A stretch of DNA of 64,000 nt, taken from assembly GCA_031290545.1 (NCBI GenBank), contig JAITNJ010000012.1, positions 20,273-84,272 of the forward strand. Reading direction: 5' to 3'. Shown piece by piece: positions 1 through 10,674 of this stretch (position 1 is its first letter; each line of letters begins with the position of its first letter). The notes beneath the pieces are model-generated. The model ran no database searches, was not told the origin of the DNA, and saw only the letters and a program-made list of their open reading frames with translations. This DNA comes from Rhodospirillaceae bacterium. Lineage in GTDB: Bacteria > Pseudomonadota > Alphaproteobacteria > Rhodospirillales > Magnetospirillaceae. Both the position numbers and the translations under genes were made by a program.

Positions 1-464
1 AACACTAAAGCAGCTATTTCACCACCAGAAAGCACAAAATCACCAATGCTGACTTCTTCAACGTCATGTGCATCTAACACTCTTTGATCTACACCTTCGA
101 AATGACCACATAAAATAGTAATCCTTTGTTCTTTAGACAAGCTACGAACTTTCTCTTGATCTAATAAGCGACCTCGTGGTGTCAAATAAATCAAGGATCC
201 AACTCGATGTATAGTACGAATCGCGATATCAATCACATCTGGACGCATAACCATGCCAAAACCTCCACCAAATGGCATGTCATCAACTGATCTGTGCTTA
301 TCACAAGCAAACGCACGAATATCAACTGAATTCACTTTCCAAATACCTTTATTCAGGGCTTGTCCTGCTAAAGAATAGTTAAGCGGACCAGGAAACATCT
401 CAGGAAATAGTGAAAGAACGGTAACTGTCCATGGTAACTTCGTTTCAGTTCCTGAAACTTCCAT
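1..464 (-). CDS. trmD: tRNA (guanine37-N1)-methyltransferase TrmD, N-terminal ~154 codons; the C-terminus lies beyond the window edge
   Basis: My own reverse-strand translation from ATG 464-462 gives [105 protein letters not shown], which is the TrmD signature. It follows rimM as in the conserved rpsP-rimM-trmD operon. It is absent from the ORF track because it is open at position 1. An in-frame TTG just after the rimM stop is an alternative start. Confidence 0.9.
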   Translation of the reverse strand, partial: MEVSGTETKLPWTVTVLSLFPEMFPGPLNYSLAGQALNKGIWKVNSVDIRAFACDKHRSVDDMPFGGGFGMVMRPDVIDIAIRTIHRVGSLIYLTPRGRLLDQEKVRSLSKEQRITILCGHFEGVDQRVLDAHDVEEVSIGDFVLSGGEIAALV

Positions 465-491
465 TACATCTTTCAAATTTTCTTGCAAAGA

Positions 492-995
492 CTAAATACA
501 GTTATCAATTAAAGTTATAGGCTTGATCATCAAGAAATTTCTTGCGACATCAACAACAGGAACGACTTCTTTATTAAAAGGAAGCATTATATCACCAAGT
601 GAACATACAATTTCAATTATGTCACCACCACCAAAATTAACAACTCTTTTAACCGTACCAACCTTTGTCTCATCAACCAAGATAACAGCCATTCCAACTA
701 GATCATGATAATAAAATTCATCAATCTTTGTTACAGGAAGTGCAGAGCGTGATATATAAAGCTTGGCACCTTTCATAGCTTCAGCAGAATCACGATCTGT
801 CTTACCATCAACCATGACAGTGACTATGCCTTTGGCTTCACTCAGCAACCTTAATTGAAAGTGTTGCCCTACTTCATCTTCTACTTCACCGTAAGCAACA
901 ACATCGGTAGCGCGATCTGTAAAACTTTTTATACGAATTGCCCCTTTTAATCCATGCGCACCTAAAACGATACCAACACACACACGATTAAACAT
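492..995 (-). CDS. rimM: 16S rRNA processing protein RimM
   Basis: 167 aa. The N-terminus VCVGIVLGAHGLKGAIRIKSFTD and a PRC-barrel-like C-terminus match RimM. It lies between rpsP and trmD. Confidence 0.9.
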   Translation of the reverse strand: MFNRVCVGIVLGAHGLKGAIRIKSFTDRATDVVAYGEVEDEVGQHFQLRLLSEAKGIVTVMVDGKTDRDSAEAMKGAKLYISRSALPVTKIDEFYYHDLVGMAVILVDETKVGTVKRVVNFGGGDIIEIVCSLGDIMLPFNKEVVPVVDVARNFLMIKPITLIDNCI

Positions 996-998
996 TAT

Positions 999-1367
999 TT
1001 ATTCTCTAGCAACATTAGCATCATCAGTAACAGCTTTAGCCAATCGCTCCTTTAAGCGTTCTTGAGCTTTAGACTTTGGTTGCGATTTTTTACTTTGTCC
1101 AGGTCGCGGACTTGTGGAAATATATCCAGCATCAGCAAAAAATCTAGTAACACGATCTGTTAACTTAGCACCAATCGATAGCCAATATTTGATACGTGCT
1201 TCTTTTAAAATTAATCGTTGTTTGTGATCATTTGATAACATTGGATTATAGCTTCCAAGTCTCTCTATGAATTTACCGTCACGAGGACTACGTGAATCAG
1301 CTAGCACGATTTTATAAAATGGACGCTTCTTAGCTCCACCACGAGATAATCTAATCTTCAGAGACAT
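999..1367 (-). CDS. rpsP: 30S ribosomal protein S16
   Basis: [42 protein letters not shown] is a canonical S16 N-terminus, followed by the basic C-terminal tail seen in alphaproteobacterial S16. Confidence 0.95.
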   Translation of the reverse strand: MSLKIRLSRGGAKKRPFYKIVLADSRSPRDGKFIERLGSYNPMLSNDHKQRLILKEARIKYWLSIGAKLTDRVTRFFADAGYISTSPRPGQSKKSQPKSKAQERLKERLAKAVTDDANVARE

Positions 1368-1570
1368 TATGTCAATTCCTCGAAGTATTGTAAGTAAATG
1401 ATCTTACAAAAAAATACTGACACCAGCATATAAAACATCTTAAGCGTTAAAACGTAATTTAGAACATTACACGAATTTTAACTTCTAACCAAGTATCTTA
1501 TAAAATGCAACATTGATTTAAAATCACACTAATAATTAAGATAAACTAAAACAACAAACTTCACTATTGC

Positions 1571-1607
1571 TTAATTATTGATAATTAGTAGCTAATTATT
1601 TAATTAA
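1571..1607 (-). terminator. Imperfect AT-rich hairpin about 50 nt downstream of the ffh stop; possible terminator
   Basis: ttaattattgataattag/ctaattatttaattaa has outer 7-bp and inner 8-bp complementary blocks around an internal loop. It contains almost no G/C, so it is weak. Confidence 0.25.
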
Positions 1608-1656
1608 CAACATATCAGATCATAACAACACGAATTTTTCATTAATCATTACTACA

Positions 1657-2979
1657 TTAAAAACCCAACAATGATGACAAATTATCGTTTTTTTTAATTT
1701 TTTTCATTGTGAAAACCATTTGCTTGAATTGTTTTAGCAATTTGTCAACATCATGAACTGAAACACCAGCACCTGTAGCTATACGTCGTTTACGACTTGC
1801 CATAATAATATCTGGATTCTTTCGTTCATTTTTAGTCATAGATAAAATAATAGCTTCTTGACGATCTATTGTTTTACTATCAACTTTAAAATCGATCTGT
1901 TTTCTAATTTTATTAATTCCTGGTAACATATTAATAATATTGTCAAGATCTCCAATTTTCTTAATCTGACGAAATTGAGTAGCTAGATCATCGAGATCAA
2001 ATTTATCGCTAGCCACTTTAGCTGATAATTTTTCTATTTCGTCTTTTTCAAAATTTTCTGTAGCTTTCTCAACTAGCGATATGATATCACCCATACCAAG
2101 AATACGACTAACAATACGATCTGGATGAAAAACCTCAAGTGCATCAAGTTTTTCACCTGTACCTAAGAATTTGATCGGTCGTCCTGTAACTGATCTCATC
2201 GAAAGCGCAGCTCCGCCTCTAGCATCGCCATCAACTCTAGTCAAAACTAAACCAGTAATGTTAACCTGTTCATTAAATTCTTTTGCTAAATTGACAGCGT
2301 CTTGACCTGTCATAGCATCAACAACTAATAGCGTTTCTGTTGGATTTACTTCATCGAAAATTTCCTTAACTTCAGACATCAAAACATCATCGATATGCAA
2401 TCTACCAGCAGTATCAAGAATCACAACATCATAACCTTCATCACGACCAATCGTCAATGCTCGCTTAGCAATAGTTAATGGTCTTTCATTCATCAGAATA
2501 GATAATGAACTTATCTCAGCCTGATGAGCAAGAACTTCCAATTGCTGTTGTGCAGCTGGTCTATAAATATCAAGGGAAGCTAGTAATACTTTCTTCTTAT
2601 TGATTTTTTTTAAACGTAGAGCCATCTTTGCTGAAGTTGTAGTTTTACCAGATCCTTGTATACCAACAATTAAGATAGGAATAGGTGATTTAGTGGCCAG
2701 ATTGAGTTCTTCAGCAGTACCTAAAATATCGATTATGGAGTCATGAACAATTTTTATTATCATCTGACTTGGCGTTACACTGCGAACCACTTCTTGACCA
2801 ATAGCACGTTTTTTAACTGTTTTTATAAAATCCGTGACCACTGATAAGGCAACATCACTTTCTAACAAAACTATACGAATCTCGTTCATCGTATCTGAAA
2901 TTTCGGCCTCAGATAACACGCTGTGTCTCTTCAATCGTTCTAAGATAGAACTAATACCTGAACTCAAATTTTCCAACAT
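1657..2979 (-). CDS. ffh: Signal recognition particle protein Ffh
   Basis: Motifs GIQGSGKTTTSAKMA, DTAGR and LTRVDGDARGGAALS plus a Met-rich M domain. The track ORF starts at GTG 2991. ATG 2979 gives MLENLSSGISSILERLK, which aligns with the usual Ffh N-terminus, so I prefer that start. Confidence 0.93.
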   Translation of the reverse strand: MLENLSSGISSILERLKRHSVLSEAEISDTMNEIRIVLLESDVALSVVTDFIKTVKKRAIGQEVVRSVTPSQMIIKIVHDSIIDILGTAEELNLATKSPIPILIVGIQGSGKTTTSAKMALRLKKINKKKVLLASLDIYRPAAQQQLEVLAHQAEISSLSILMNERPLTIAKRALTIGRDEGYDVVILDTAGRLHIDDVLMSEVKEIFDEVNPTETLLVVDAMTGQDAVNLAKEFNEQVNITGLVLTRVDGDARGGAALSMRSVTGRPIKFLGTGEKLDALEVFHPDRIVSRILGMGDIISLVEKATENFEKDEIEKLSAKVASDKFDLDDLATQFRQIKKIGDLDNIINMLPGINKIRKQIDFKVDSKTIDRQEAIILSMTKNERKNPDIIMASRKRRIATGAGVSVHDVDKLLKQFKQMVFTMKKIKKNDNLSSLLGF

Positions 2980-3561
2980 TAAAACCAACACAGGTTACAG
3001 ATAAAATCACAATTAACAAATTCACGGTCTTGGTGAATCATATAACTTTATTGAATATAATTCATTTCTTTATAAAATTAGAAGATAAGTTTTAATTTAA
3101 TATCTTTAGATTTATATAAACAATAAGATATAAACCAATTTGAATCAATTTTTCTATTGATCTTTATATTTTAAAATGGTTTCTAAAAATCAAGTTAAAT
3201 TAATTAAAAACATTGAGAGTGATCAAAAAAGTACATAGAAATTTCAGGTTTGGATTTTATTTAAGAAAATAATTAAAGATATACTTACTAAAATATCAGC
3301 AAAAAGTTAGACTAATAAAATTTTTAGTAATAAATAACTATTATATTTACTGATATTGCATAAAAATGAGCGTTATTTTGGCATTAAGTTTAACTTCTTA
3401 ATAAAATTAATACAAAATCTATATATATTTAAACTAGATTATACATTAATCAGTATAATAAAATTGTTTATTATGTTGTTAACACTATTTATTAAGCAAA
3501 TAAGTTGACACAATAATAGTAATACAAGAACAAATAGTTCTTATTATTTCATGGAGGAAAT

Positions 3562-4578
3562 ATGCCTTATAGGCGAGTTACTCTTTCGCAATTCATGATG
3601 GAAGAGCAACATCGATGTGGAGGTTCTGGCGTACTTACTTCTTTACTCACAGATATAAGTGTTATATGCAAAATGATTTCTCATGAAGTCAACTGCGGCG
3701 CTCTACTTGGCAATCTAGGAATGGAAGAAACTAAAAATATACATGGAGAAAAACAAAAAAAACTTGACGTATTATCCAACAAGATTTTTATGCATATAGT
3801 AACCAAAAGTAAAAATTACGCCGCTCTTGCTTCCGAAGAACTAGAAAACATTCATGTTATTAATGATTCTGTTAGTCAATATCTTCTATTATTTGATCCT
3901 CTAGATGGATCTTCAAACATCGATATCAACAATGCAGTAGGCAGTATTTTCTCGATTTTACGACTTCCAAATGATACTAATTGTAGTACTCTTGTTGCCT
4001 TTTTACAACCTGGAATTAATCAAGTTGCTGCAGGATATGCGATTTATGGATCGTCGACAATGTTAGTATTAACTACTGGTAATGGAGTCAATGGATTTAC
4101 TCTTGATCAAAATATTGGTATCTTTGGCTTGACTCATCCTAATATGCAGATCTCAAAAGACGCTAATGAATTTGCAATAAACGCATCGCGCTCAAGATTT
4201 TGGGAACCTCCAATTAAACGTTATATTGACGAGGCTCTGTCTGGTATTGATGGTCCACGTAGTAAAGATTTCAACATGCGTTGGGTGGCTTCGATGGTTG
4301 CAGAAGTTCATCGCATTCTATGTCGTAGTGGCATCTTTATGTATCCAGTCGACACCAAAAACATTTATCATGGCGGTAAATTACGTCTTATGTATGAAGT
4401 TAATCCTATGGCTTTCATAGTCGAACAAGCAGGTGGTTTGGCAATAACAGGATATGAACGTATTCTTGATTTAAAACCAAAGAGTCTACATCAACGAATT
4501 GGGGTAATACTCGGATCAAAAAACGAGGTAGAAATATTGTATAGATATCATAAAGAATATGACAGAATGCACAATTAA
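3562..4578 (+). CDS. fbp: Fructose-1,6-bisphosphatase class I
   Basis: 338 aa with TLSQFMMEEQ, LLFDPLDGSSNIDIN, GGKLRLMYEVNPMAFIVEQAGG. GGAGGA lies 6 nt upstream of the ATG. Confidence 0.92.
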   Translation: MPYRRVTLSQFMMEEQHRCGGSGVLTSLLTDISVICKMISHEVNCGALLGNLGMEETKNIHGEKQKKLDVLSNKIFMHIVTKSKNYAALASEELENIHVINDSVSQYLLLFDPLDGSSNIDINNAVGSIFSILRLPNDTNCSTLVAFLQPGINQVAAGYAIYGSSTMLVLTTGNGVNGFTLDQNIGIFGLTHPNMQISKDANEFAINASRSRFWEPPIKRYIDEALSGIDGPRSKDFNMRWVASMVAEVHRILCRSGIFMYPVDTKNIYHGGKLRLMYEVNPMAFIVEQAGGLAITGYERILDLKPKSLHQRIGVILGSKNEVEILYRYHKEYDRMHN

Positions 4579-4649
4579 ATAATGTTAGTACCGTCAAATT
4601 AAAAATGTATTTTGTATGATCAAACATTTGTAATAAAAGAACCACACAT

Positions 4650-5327
4650 ATGATACAACAAAATTCCTTACGATTTGTAATCGTTCCTGTAACCAATTTA
4701 GCTCAAAATTGTTCGATCATTTGGTGTTCTGAAACTAATGTAGGGGCTGTTATTGATCCTGGTGGCAATGTAGATAAAATTATAAAGAAAATTGATGTTT
4801 ATAAACCAATCATTGAAAAAATATTAGTTACTCACGGTCATTTTGATCATGCAGGTCACGTAGCTGAATTATCTACAAGACTCAATATTCCTATTGAAGG
4901 ACCTAATATCAATGATAGTTTTCTGATTGAAACAATTGCTGAACATAGCAATATGGTTGATAATTTCCAGTATCGATCATTTTTTCCAAATCGTTGGCTA
5001 GAAGATGGTGATACAGTGACTATTGGAAATCAAATTTTAAATGTTATGCATTGTCCAGGACACACACCAGGGCATGTTGTGTTTTTTCATGACAAAAGCA
5101 AACTTGCATTTGTAGGTGATGTTATATTTGCTGGTTCGATCGGTCGTACAGATTTTCCACGTGGCAATCAATTAGATTTGATTAATTCAATCGTTACTAA
5201 GCTATTGCCACTCGGTGATGATGTTACTTTCATTCCAGGCCATGGTCCATTTTCAACATTTGGTCAAGAACGACAAACTAATCCTTACATATCAGATCAA
5301 AAAATTGGAATGTTTTCTAGCTCTTAA
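4650..5327 (+). CDS. Metallo-beta-lactamase fold hydrolase (YcbL/glyoxalase-II-like)
   Basis: 225 aa with THGHFDHAGH, CPGHTPGH, GDVIFAGSIGRTDFPRG and PGHGP motifs. Confidence 0.8.
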   Translation: MIQQNSLRFVIVPVTNLAQNCSIIWCSETNVGAVIDPGGNVDKIIKKIDVYKPIIEKILVTHGHFDHAGHVAELSTRLNIPIEGPNINDSFLIETIAEHSNMVDNFQYRSFFPNRWLEDGDTVTIGNQILNVMHCPGHTPGHVVFFHDKSKLAFVGDVIFAGSIGRTDFPRGNQLDLINSIVTKLLPLGDDVTFIPGHGPFSTFGQERQTNPYISDQKIGMFSSS

Positions 5328-5552
5328 TTGTTAATTAAAAGTAGTTTTCATCAATTACACACTTATAAATTAATATTATCATCCACATATCTATTTGTTA
5401 ACTTAACTTATATTAAGCTCTATAAAATAGATCTAGTTAATTTTATATTATTAAATTCAAAGTTTCTTGAAGGCAATCGTAATTTATTTTACGAAATAAT
5501 ATATAAATCTAAGATATATATATTATTACTATTGTAAGGAAATCTTTCATAA

Positions 5553-7106
5553 ATGTTAGATCGTATTTTGATCATCGATTTTGGATCGCAAGTCACTCAG
5601 TTGATAGCTAGACGTGTGCGCGAAAATGAAGTTTATTCTGAAATTCAACCGTTCAATAAAGTAACATTTGAAAGTTTAATAACATTCAATCCTAAAGGAA
5701 TTATATTATCCGGAGGTCCAGCTTCAGTTGTTGAAATACAATCGCCTAGAGTACCACAAGCTGTATTTAGTTACGGTGTTCCAGTATTAGGAATTTGTTA
5801 CGGTCAACAAACTATGTGCATCGAACTTGGTGGTAAAGTTGAAAAAAGTAACAATCGTGAATTCGGACGAGCTTTCATCGATATCACTGATAGTTGTGCG
5901 TTATTTGATGGAGTATGGAACAAGGGCGACAGAGAACAAGTATGGATGAGTCATGGAGATCGAGTAACACAACTACCACCTGGTTTTCGTGTTGTTGGTG
6001 CATCTGAAGGCTCACCTTTTGCCGCTATTGTAGATGATGCTCGACGTTTCTATGCAGTACAATTTCATCTAGAAGTATCACATACACCACACGGAATACA
6101 ATTATTACGCAATTTCATATGCAATATTGCTGGATGTCAAAACAATTGGACTATTCATGCTTTTAAGAAAAAAGCTATTGATGCAATTCGTCATCAAGTT
6201 GGATCTGGTAGAGTAATATGTGGCTTATCAGGTGGTGTTGATAGTTCTGTTGTAGCAGTATTATTACATGAAGCAATTGGAGATCAATTAACTTGCGTAT
6301 TCGTAGATCATGGTTTTATGCGTCAAAATGAAGCAAATCAAGTAATTAACACTTTCCGCGATTGTTTTAATATAAAGTTAATACACAGGGACGCATCTAA
6401 ATTTTTTTTCAACAAACTAATCGGTAAAATTGATCCTGAAGAAAAACGTAAAATCATCGGTACAAACTTCATAAAAATTTTCGAAAATGAAGCGCGTAAA
6501 TTAGGTGGTGCAGATTTTTTGGCTCAAGGCACACTTTATCCAGATGTTATTGAATCCATAAGCACTACATCTGGATCGTCAGTAACCATTAAATCACATC
6601 ACAATGTCGGTGGTTTACCAGATCGAATGAATATCAAATTAATAGAACCATTACGTGAGTTATTTAAAGACGAAGTTCGTACTCTTGGTCACGAATTGGG
6701 ATTGCCAGATAAGATTACCAAACGCCATCCATTTCCAGGTCCAGGCTTAGCAATTCGTATTCTTGGTCAAGAAATTACTAAAGATCGCTTAAATATTCTT
6801 AAAAAGGCAGATGCTATCTATCTTGATGAAATTCAAAATGCAAATCTCTATGATGAAATATGGCAAGCTTTTGTTGTATTATTACCAGTTCACACAGTAG
6901 GTGTAATGGGAGATAGTAGATCTTACGATTACGCATGTACTTTACGAGCAATAACTTCAATAGATGGAATGACTGCTGATTTTTATCATTTCTCTAATGA
7001 ATTTTTGACTAGTGTATCTAATCGAATTATTAATGAGGTTAATGGTATTAATCGAGTAACTTATGATATTACGTCAAAGCCACCAGGAACGATCGAATGG
7101 GAATAA
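5553..7106 (+). CDS. guaA: GMP synthase (glutamine-hydrolysing)
   Basis: 517 aa. GATase domain (GICYGQQ, QFHLEV), ATP-PPase loop [10 protein letters not shown], and C-terminal PPGTIEWE. Confidence 0.97.
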   Translation: MLDRILIIDFGSQVTQLIARRVRENEVYSEIQPFNKVTFESLITFNPKGIILSGGPASVVEIQSPRVPQAVFSYGVPVLGICYGQQTMCIELGGKVEKSNNREFGRAFIDITDSCALFDGVWNKGDREQVWMSHGDRVTQLPPGFRVVGASEGSPFAAIVDDARRFYAVQFHLEVSHTPHGIQLLRNFICNIAGCQNNWTIHAFKKKAIDAIRHQVGSGRVICGLSGGVDSSVVAVLLHEAIGDQLTCVFVDHGFMRQNEANQVINTFRDCFNIKLIHRDASKFFFNKLIGKIDPEEKRKIIGTNFIKIFENEARKLGGADFLAQGTLYPDVIESISTTSGSSVTIKSHHNVGGLPDRMNIKLIEPLRELFKDEVRTLGHELGLPDKITKRHPFPGPGLAIRILGQEITKDRLNILKKADAIYLDEIQNANLYDEIWQAFVVLLPVHTVGVMGDSRSYDYACTLRAITSIDGMTADFYHFSNEFLTSVSNRIINEVNGINRVTYDITSKPPGTIEWE

Positions 7107-7127
7107 TTTTAGTATGTAGTTCTAAGA

Positions 7128-7694
7128 ATGACTTATAAGAATGATTATAACCGTTGTGTATGGGCTCGTAATAATTACTTAATGCGCTCTTATCACGATA
7201 ATGAGTGGGGAGTGCCAGAGCACAATTCTCGCGCTCTTTGGGAAAAATTAATTCTCGATATCTTTCAATCTGGTCTTTCTTGGATTACAGTGCTAAGTAA
7301 ACGCAATGCACTTCGAGATTCCTTTGCAGGATTCGATCCAATAAAAATCGTTAGTTTTTCCGAGTCAGACATTATGCTCCTGCTTAATAATCCCAACATT
7401 ATTCGTCATCGTGGCAAAATCAATGCAACAATATGCGGAGCTAAAATTTATTGTAAAATGGCTGACCATGGCGAAGATTTCAATACTTTCTGTTGGTCTT
7501 TCACAGACGGAAAAGTACTAAAGGGTGATAACGATATTTTTCCTACAAAAATCGCACTATCAGAACGAATTTCTAAAGAATTAAAAGATCTAAATTTTAA
7601 ATTCGTCGGACCTACAATTGTTTATGCATGGCTACAGGCAATAGGAATTTTCAATGATCACTCTGTTAATTGTTTTCGTCGTGAACAAGTTTAA
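7128..7694 (+). CDS. tag: DNA-3-methyladenine glycosylase I
   Basis: 188 aa with RCVWARNNYLMRSYHDNEWGVP and FQSGLSWITVL, which are Tag family signatures. Confidence 0.88.
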   Translation: MTYKNDYNRCVWARNNYLMRSYHDNEWGVPEHNSRALWEKLILDIFQSGLSWITVLSKRNALRDSFAGFDPIKIVSFSESDIMLLLNNPNIIRHRGKINATICGAKIYCKMADHGEDFNTFCWSFTDGKVLKGDNDIFPTKIALSERISKELKDLNFKFVGPTIVYAWLQAIGIFNDHSVNCFRREQV

Positions 7695-7795
7695 CTTGAT
7701 ATATGCATTTAATTAAAAGATTAGATATAATGATTAAAAATTACATACATACATCAAAAGTCTGAATTATTAAATTGTACCAGCAATATAAAACT

Positions 7796-7870
7796 TGGAG
7801 CGGGCAAAGGGATTTGAACCCTCGACCCCAACCTTGGCAAGGTTGTGCTCTACCGCTGAGCTATACCCGC
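7796..7870 (-). tRNA. tRNA-Gly (anticodon GCC), CCA encoded
   Basis: The reverse complement reads GCGGGTATAGCTCAGCGGTAGAGCACAACCTTGCCAAGGTTGGGGTCGAGGGTTCAAATCCCTTTGCCCGCTCCA. It folds by eye into a cloverleaf with acceptor GCGGGTA/TGCCCGC, anticodon stem CAACC/GGTTG, loop TTGCCAA and a T-arm GGTTCAAATCC. It is the only GC-rich island in an AT-rich spacer. Confidence 0.93.
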
Positions 7871-8060
7871 ACAAACTATCATAATAAAACCAAAACTTAG
7901 ATAGTAAGTACATTTTTCTTTTTTTCAAGTATTATTAATTTAATTGTTTAAATGTTCACTAAACTTTATAGTTGATTACTTATAAAAATTAAAATTATAT
8001 TAATAATAAAGCGTCTAATTTTATCTGTCGCACTCATTTAGCTATAGATATAGAATCATG

Positions 8061-8074
8061 TTGATTTATATCAA
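8061..8074. promoter_or_regulatory. Perfect FNR/FixK-type palindrome TTGAT-N4-ATCAA
   Basis: The sequence ttgatttatatcaa lies 49-62 nt upstream of the ATG of the Trm112-like ORF. It could be chance in AT-rich DNA. Confidence 0.2.
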
Positions 8075-8122
8075 ATTAATATTCATTATTTAGCAAGTAT
8101 TTATTTATAGGAATAATTTATT

Positions 8123-8338
8123 ATGACGAATATAATATCAAAAATTGATCCTAAACTCCTAGAAATTCTTGTTTGTCCATTAACTAAAACCACATTAATC
8201 TATGATGAAAAAAATCAAGAGTTGATTAGTGAAAAAGCTAAACTGGCATATCCGATTCGTTGTGGTATTCCAATTATGCTTGTTGATGAAGCACGCCAAT
8301 TAGACACAACCAATTTAAATCAAAATCAAATCGATTAA
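8123..8338 (+). CDS. Trm112/UPF0434 (YcaR-like) small zinc-ribbon-type protein
   Basis: 71 aa. [46 protein letters not shown] matches the Trm112p-like family pattern. Confidence 0.8.
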   Translation: MTNIISKIDPKLLEILVCPLTKTTLIYDEKNQELISEKAKLAYPIRCGIPIMLVDEARQLDTTNLNQNQID

Positions 8339-8740
8339 ATTATCAACATAAAATACATGAAGAACTGTACCTACATGTACGTTATAAACAAACTGTACGT
8401 TTAATAAATTCTAGTAACCATTTATATGGCATGGTTTTAAAATTATAGTTAATGCTTTATATAAAGTTGCTTTTATCTTAAATAAAGATGATTGATATAT
8501 TCAATAACTAGAATTTAATCATTTCAAACTATACTGAAATAAAATTAGTAAAAATGCAATTTTGTCTGTTTGCAAAAAAAGAGCATAAATTATTTAGTTT
8601 TTAGATGTTTCATTTAATATTAAACATCAATCTAATAGACATTTTGGTGAATATCAAGATTTGGTTTTTTCGACAAATTACATTTCATTTACAATTGAAA
8701 ATTGAATTACTTTTAAGTCTGATTTCGGAGAGTGTAATAA

Positions 8741-9925
8741 GTGTCAAAATCTAATTTTCTATTTACCAGTGAATCAGTTTCTGAAGGTCATCCTGATAAA
8801 GTGTGCGATCAAATTTCAGACAAAATTGTTGATACTTATCTGAAGATCGATAACGAGGCCCGTGTTGCTGTAGAAACGCTTTGTACTTCCGATCGCATCG
8901 TTTTAGCTGGTGAGATTAAAGTTTCTGACGCTAAGTCAATGAAAGATGAAATCTTTCATGAAAATCTAAGAGAAGCAGTAAATGATACACTATGTAACAT
9001 TGGCTATGGATATGGAAATTTTCATTGGGATTTTGCTAATTTTGATATTAATATTCATAATCAATCTCCAGATATTGCTAGTGGCGTCGATATGGGTGGG
9101 GCTGGTGATCAAGGTATAATGTTCGGTTATGCCTGTGACGAAACAGATGTAATGATGCCAGCACCAATTTATTATTCACATAAAATCTTAAAATCTCTTG
9201 CTGACGCTCGTCATTCAAAAAAGGAATGGCGACTAGGCCCAGACGCTAAAAGCCAAGTAACATTTAGATATGAAAATGGTAGGCCGGTACAAGCAGAATC
9301 AATAGTAGTATCAACTCAACATATTAAAAATATTGATCAGGGGACTATTAAAGAAATAGTTTACGAACATGTAGTAAATGTGCTACCAGACGGTATGATG
9401 TGTTCAGAAAATAATTTTTACGTCAATCCTACAGGAAAATTTGAGATTGGCGGTCCAAACGGAGACACTGGCCTAACTGGACGTAAGATTATCGTTGATA
9501 CATATGGTGGAGCAGCACCACATGGTGGTGGTGCATTTTCAGGAAAAGATTCTACAAAAGTTGATCGATCTGCTGCTTACATTGCGCGCTATTTAGCAAA
9601 AAATGTTGTTGCTGCTAATTTAGCAAAAAAATGTGTTATTCAATTAAGTTACGGTATAGGTATTTCTAATCCATTATCTTTTAATGTTGATACTTTAGGA
9701 ACATCAACGATCATTAATGACAAAGATGACAAATTATTATCAGATTTTCTAGAAGGGCTTGTAGATTTAAGTCCTCGTGGTATTAGAGCTCATTTAAATC
9801 TAAATCGTCCTATTTATTTTCGAACAGCGGTTTATGGTCATTTTGGTCGTGATGTTGAACCAGATGGTGGATTTTCATGGGAAAAATTAGATCTAGTTGA
9901 TAGACTTAAGAAAGAATTTTCTTAA
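8741..9925 (+). CDS. metK: S-adenosylmethionine synthase
   Basis: 394 aa with [51 protein letters not shown]. The start is GTG, with GGAGAG 9 nt upstream. Confidence 0.97.
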   Translation: MSKSNFLFTSESVSEGHPDKVCDQISDKIVDTYLKIDNEARVAVETLCTSDRIVLAGEIKVSDAKSMKDEIFHENLREAVNDTLCNIGYGYGNFHWDFANFDINIHNQSPDIASGVDMGGAGDQGIMFGYACDETDVMMPAPIYYSHKILKSLADARHSKKEWRLGPDAKSQVTFRYENGRPVQAESIVVSTQHIKNIDQGTIKEIVYEHVVNVLPDGMMCSENNFYVNPTGKFEIGGPNGDTGLTGRKIIVDTYGGAAPHGGGAFSGKDSTKVDRSAAYIARYLAKNVVAANLAKKCVIQLSYGIGISNPLSFNVDTLGTSTIINDKDDKLLSDFLEGLVDLSPRGIRAHLNLNRPIYFRTAVYGHFGRDVEPDGGFSWEKLDLVDRLKKEFS

Positions 9926-9968
9926 GAAAATCCTACTTTATTATTTTTAATTATAAAATAATATAATT

Positions 9969-10673
9969 TTGTTGAATGGCTACACATTGATGTGTATAGA
10001 TCTAAGGTTTTTTGGTAGACGTCGCGGCAGACCTCTTCACATTAAAAATAAAATTCTTATTGATACTTTATTGCCAAAATTATCTATTAAAGAGCCAAAG
10101 CTTAATCAATATCTTGATCCGTGGGCTTTATTTGCCTCTAACACAAGAGAATTATGGCTTGAAATTGGATTCGGTAGTGGCGAACATTTAGCTTGGCAAG
10201 CTGGCGCTAATCCAGATATCGGTTTTATTGGTTGCGAGATCTTTTTAAACGGCATAGCATCTTTGCTTAGTTATATAGATCGTCAAAATCTCAAAAATAT
10301 TCGAATCTTTGCAAATGATGTTCGTCACTTGTTTTTAATTATGCCACCTACATCATTGTATCGTGTCTTTTTACTATTTCCAGATCCTTGGCCAAAAAGA
10401 CGTCACATCAAACGACGTTTCATTTGCCATGACAATCTTGATCAATTATCTCTTCTTATGGTTGATGGTGCCGAATTGCGCATTGCTACAGACGATAATA
10501 TTGCTAAAGCTTGGATCACAAATCAAATGAAAAATTACAAAAACTTTCAAAATATAACCGAAAATCCTTTGGTTAAGAGTGAAGATTGGCCAATTACACG
10601 CTATGAAATAAAAGCTCAAGAGCAATGTCGTCAGTCGATCTTTCTGCGCTATCAACATTATATTGAAAATTGA
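9969..10673 (+). CDS. trmB: tRNA (guanine46-N7)-methyltransferase
   Basis: FGRRRGRPL, EIGFGSGEHL and FPDPWPKRRHIKRR motifs. The start is uncertain: TTG at 9969 in the track, with an in-frame ATG at 9990. Confidence 0.88.
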   Translation: MLNGYTLMCIDLRFFGRRRGRPLHIKNKILIDTLLPKLSIKEPKLNQYLDPWALFASNTRELWLEIGFGSGEHLAWQAGANPDIGFIGCEIFLNGIASLLSYIDRQNLKNIRIFANDVRHLFLIMPPTSLYRVFLLFPDPWPKRRHIKRRFICHDNLDQLSLLMVDGAELRIATDDNIAKAWITNQMKNYKNFQNITENPLVKSEDWPITRYEIKAQEQCRQSIFLRYQHYIEN

Positions 10674-10674
10674 A

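Noticed and set aside
3505-3510. TTGACA hexamer upstream of fbp as a sigma70 -35 element
   Set aside because: No acceptable -10 hexamer lies at 16-18-bp spacing; the candidates are gaacaa and agaaca. In DNA this AT-rich, promoter-like hexamers are not informative without transcript mapping.
4415-4696. 93-aa ORF on the - strand bridging fbp and the MBL-fold gene
   Set aside because: It overlaps the ends of two well-supported + strand genes and has no motifs.
5379-5387. DnaA-box-like 9-mers (TCATCCACA here, TTATCCACT at 50835-50843), which might indicate a replication origin
   Set aside because: They are isolated single one-mismatch boxes, one of them inside the ileS/ribF junction. There is no cluster, no adjacent dnaA/hemE/parAB context and no AT-rich DUE arrangement.
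5328-5537. 69-aa ORF filling the spacer between the MBL-fold gene and guaA
   Set aside because: It starts at TTG, has no RBS and is an extremely AT-driven Leu/Ile/Lys/Tyr/Asn-rich translation. It looks like random open frame in AT-rich spacer DNA.
8339-8740. Possible SAM-responsive riboswitch (SAM-II/SAM-V/SAM-SAH) in the 402-bp metK leader
   Set aside because: I could not find any G/C-containing pseudoknot core, only AT-rich sequence with a small gatgttt/aaacatc hairpin and a tgtacgtt direct repeat. An Rfam scan is needed to exclude it formally.
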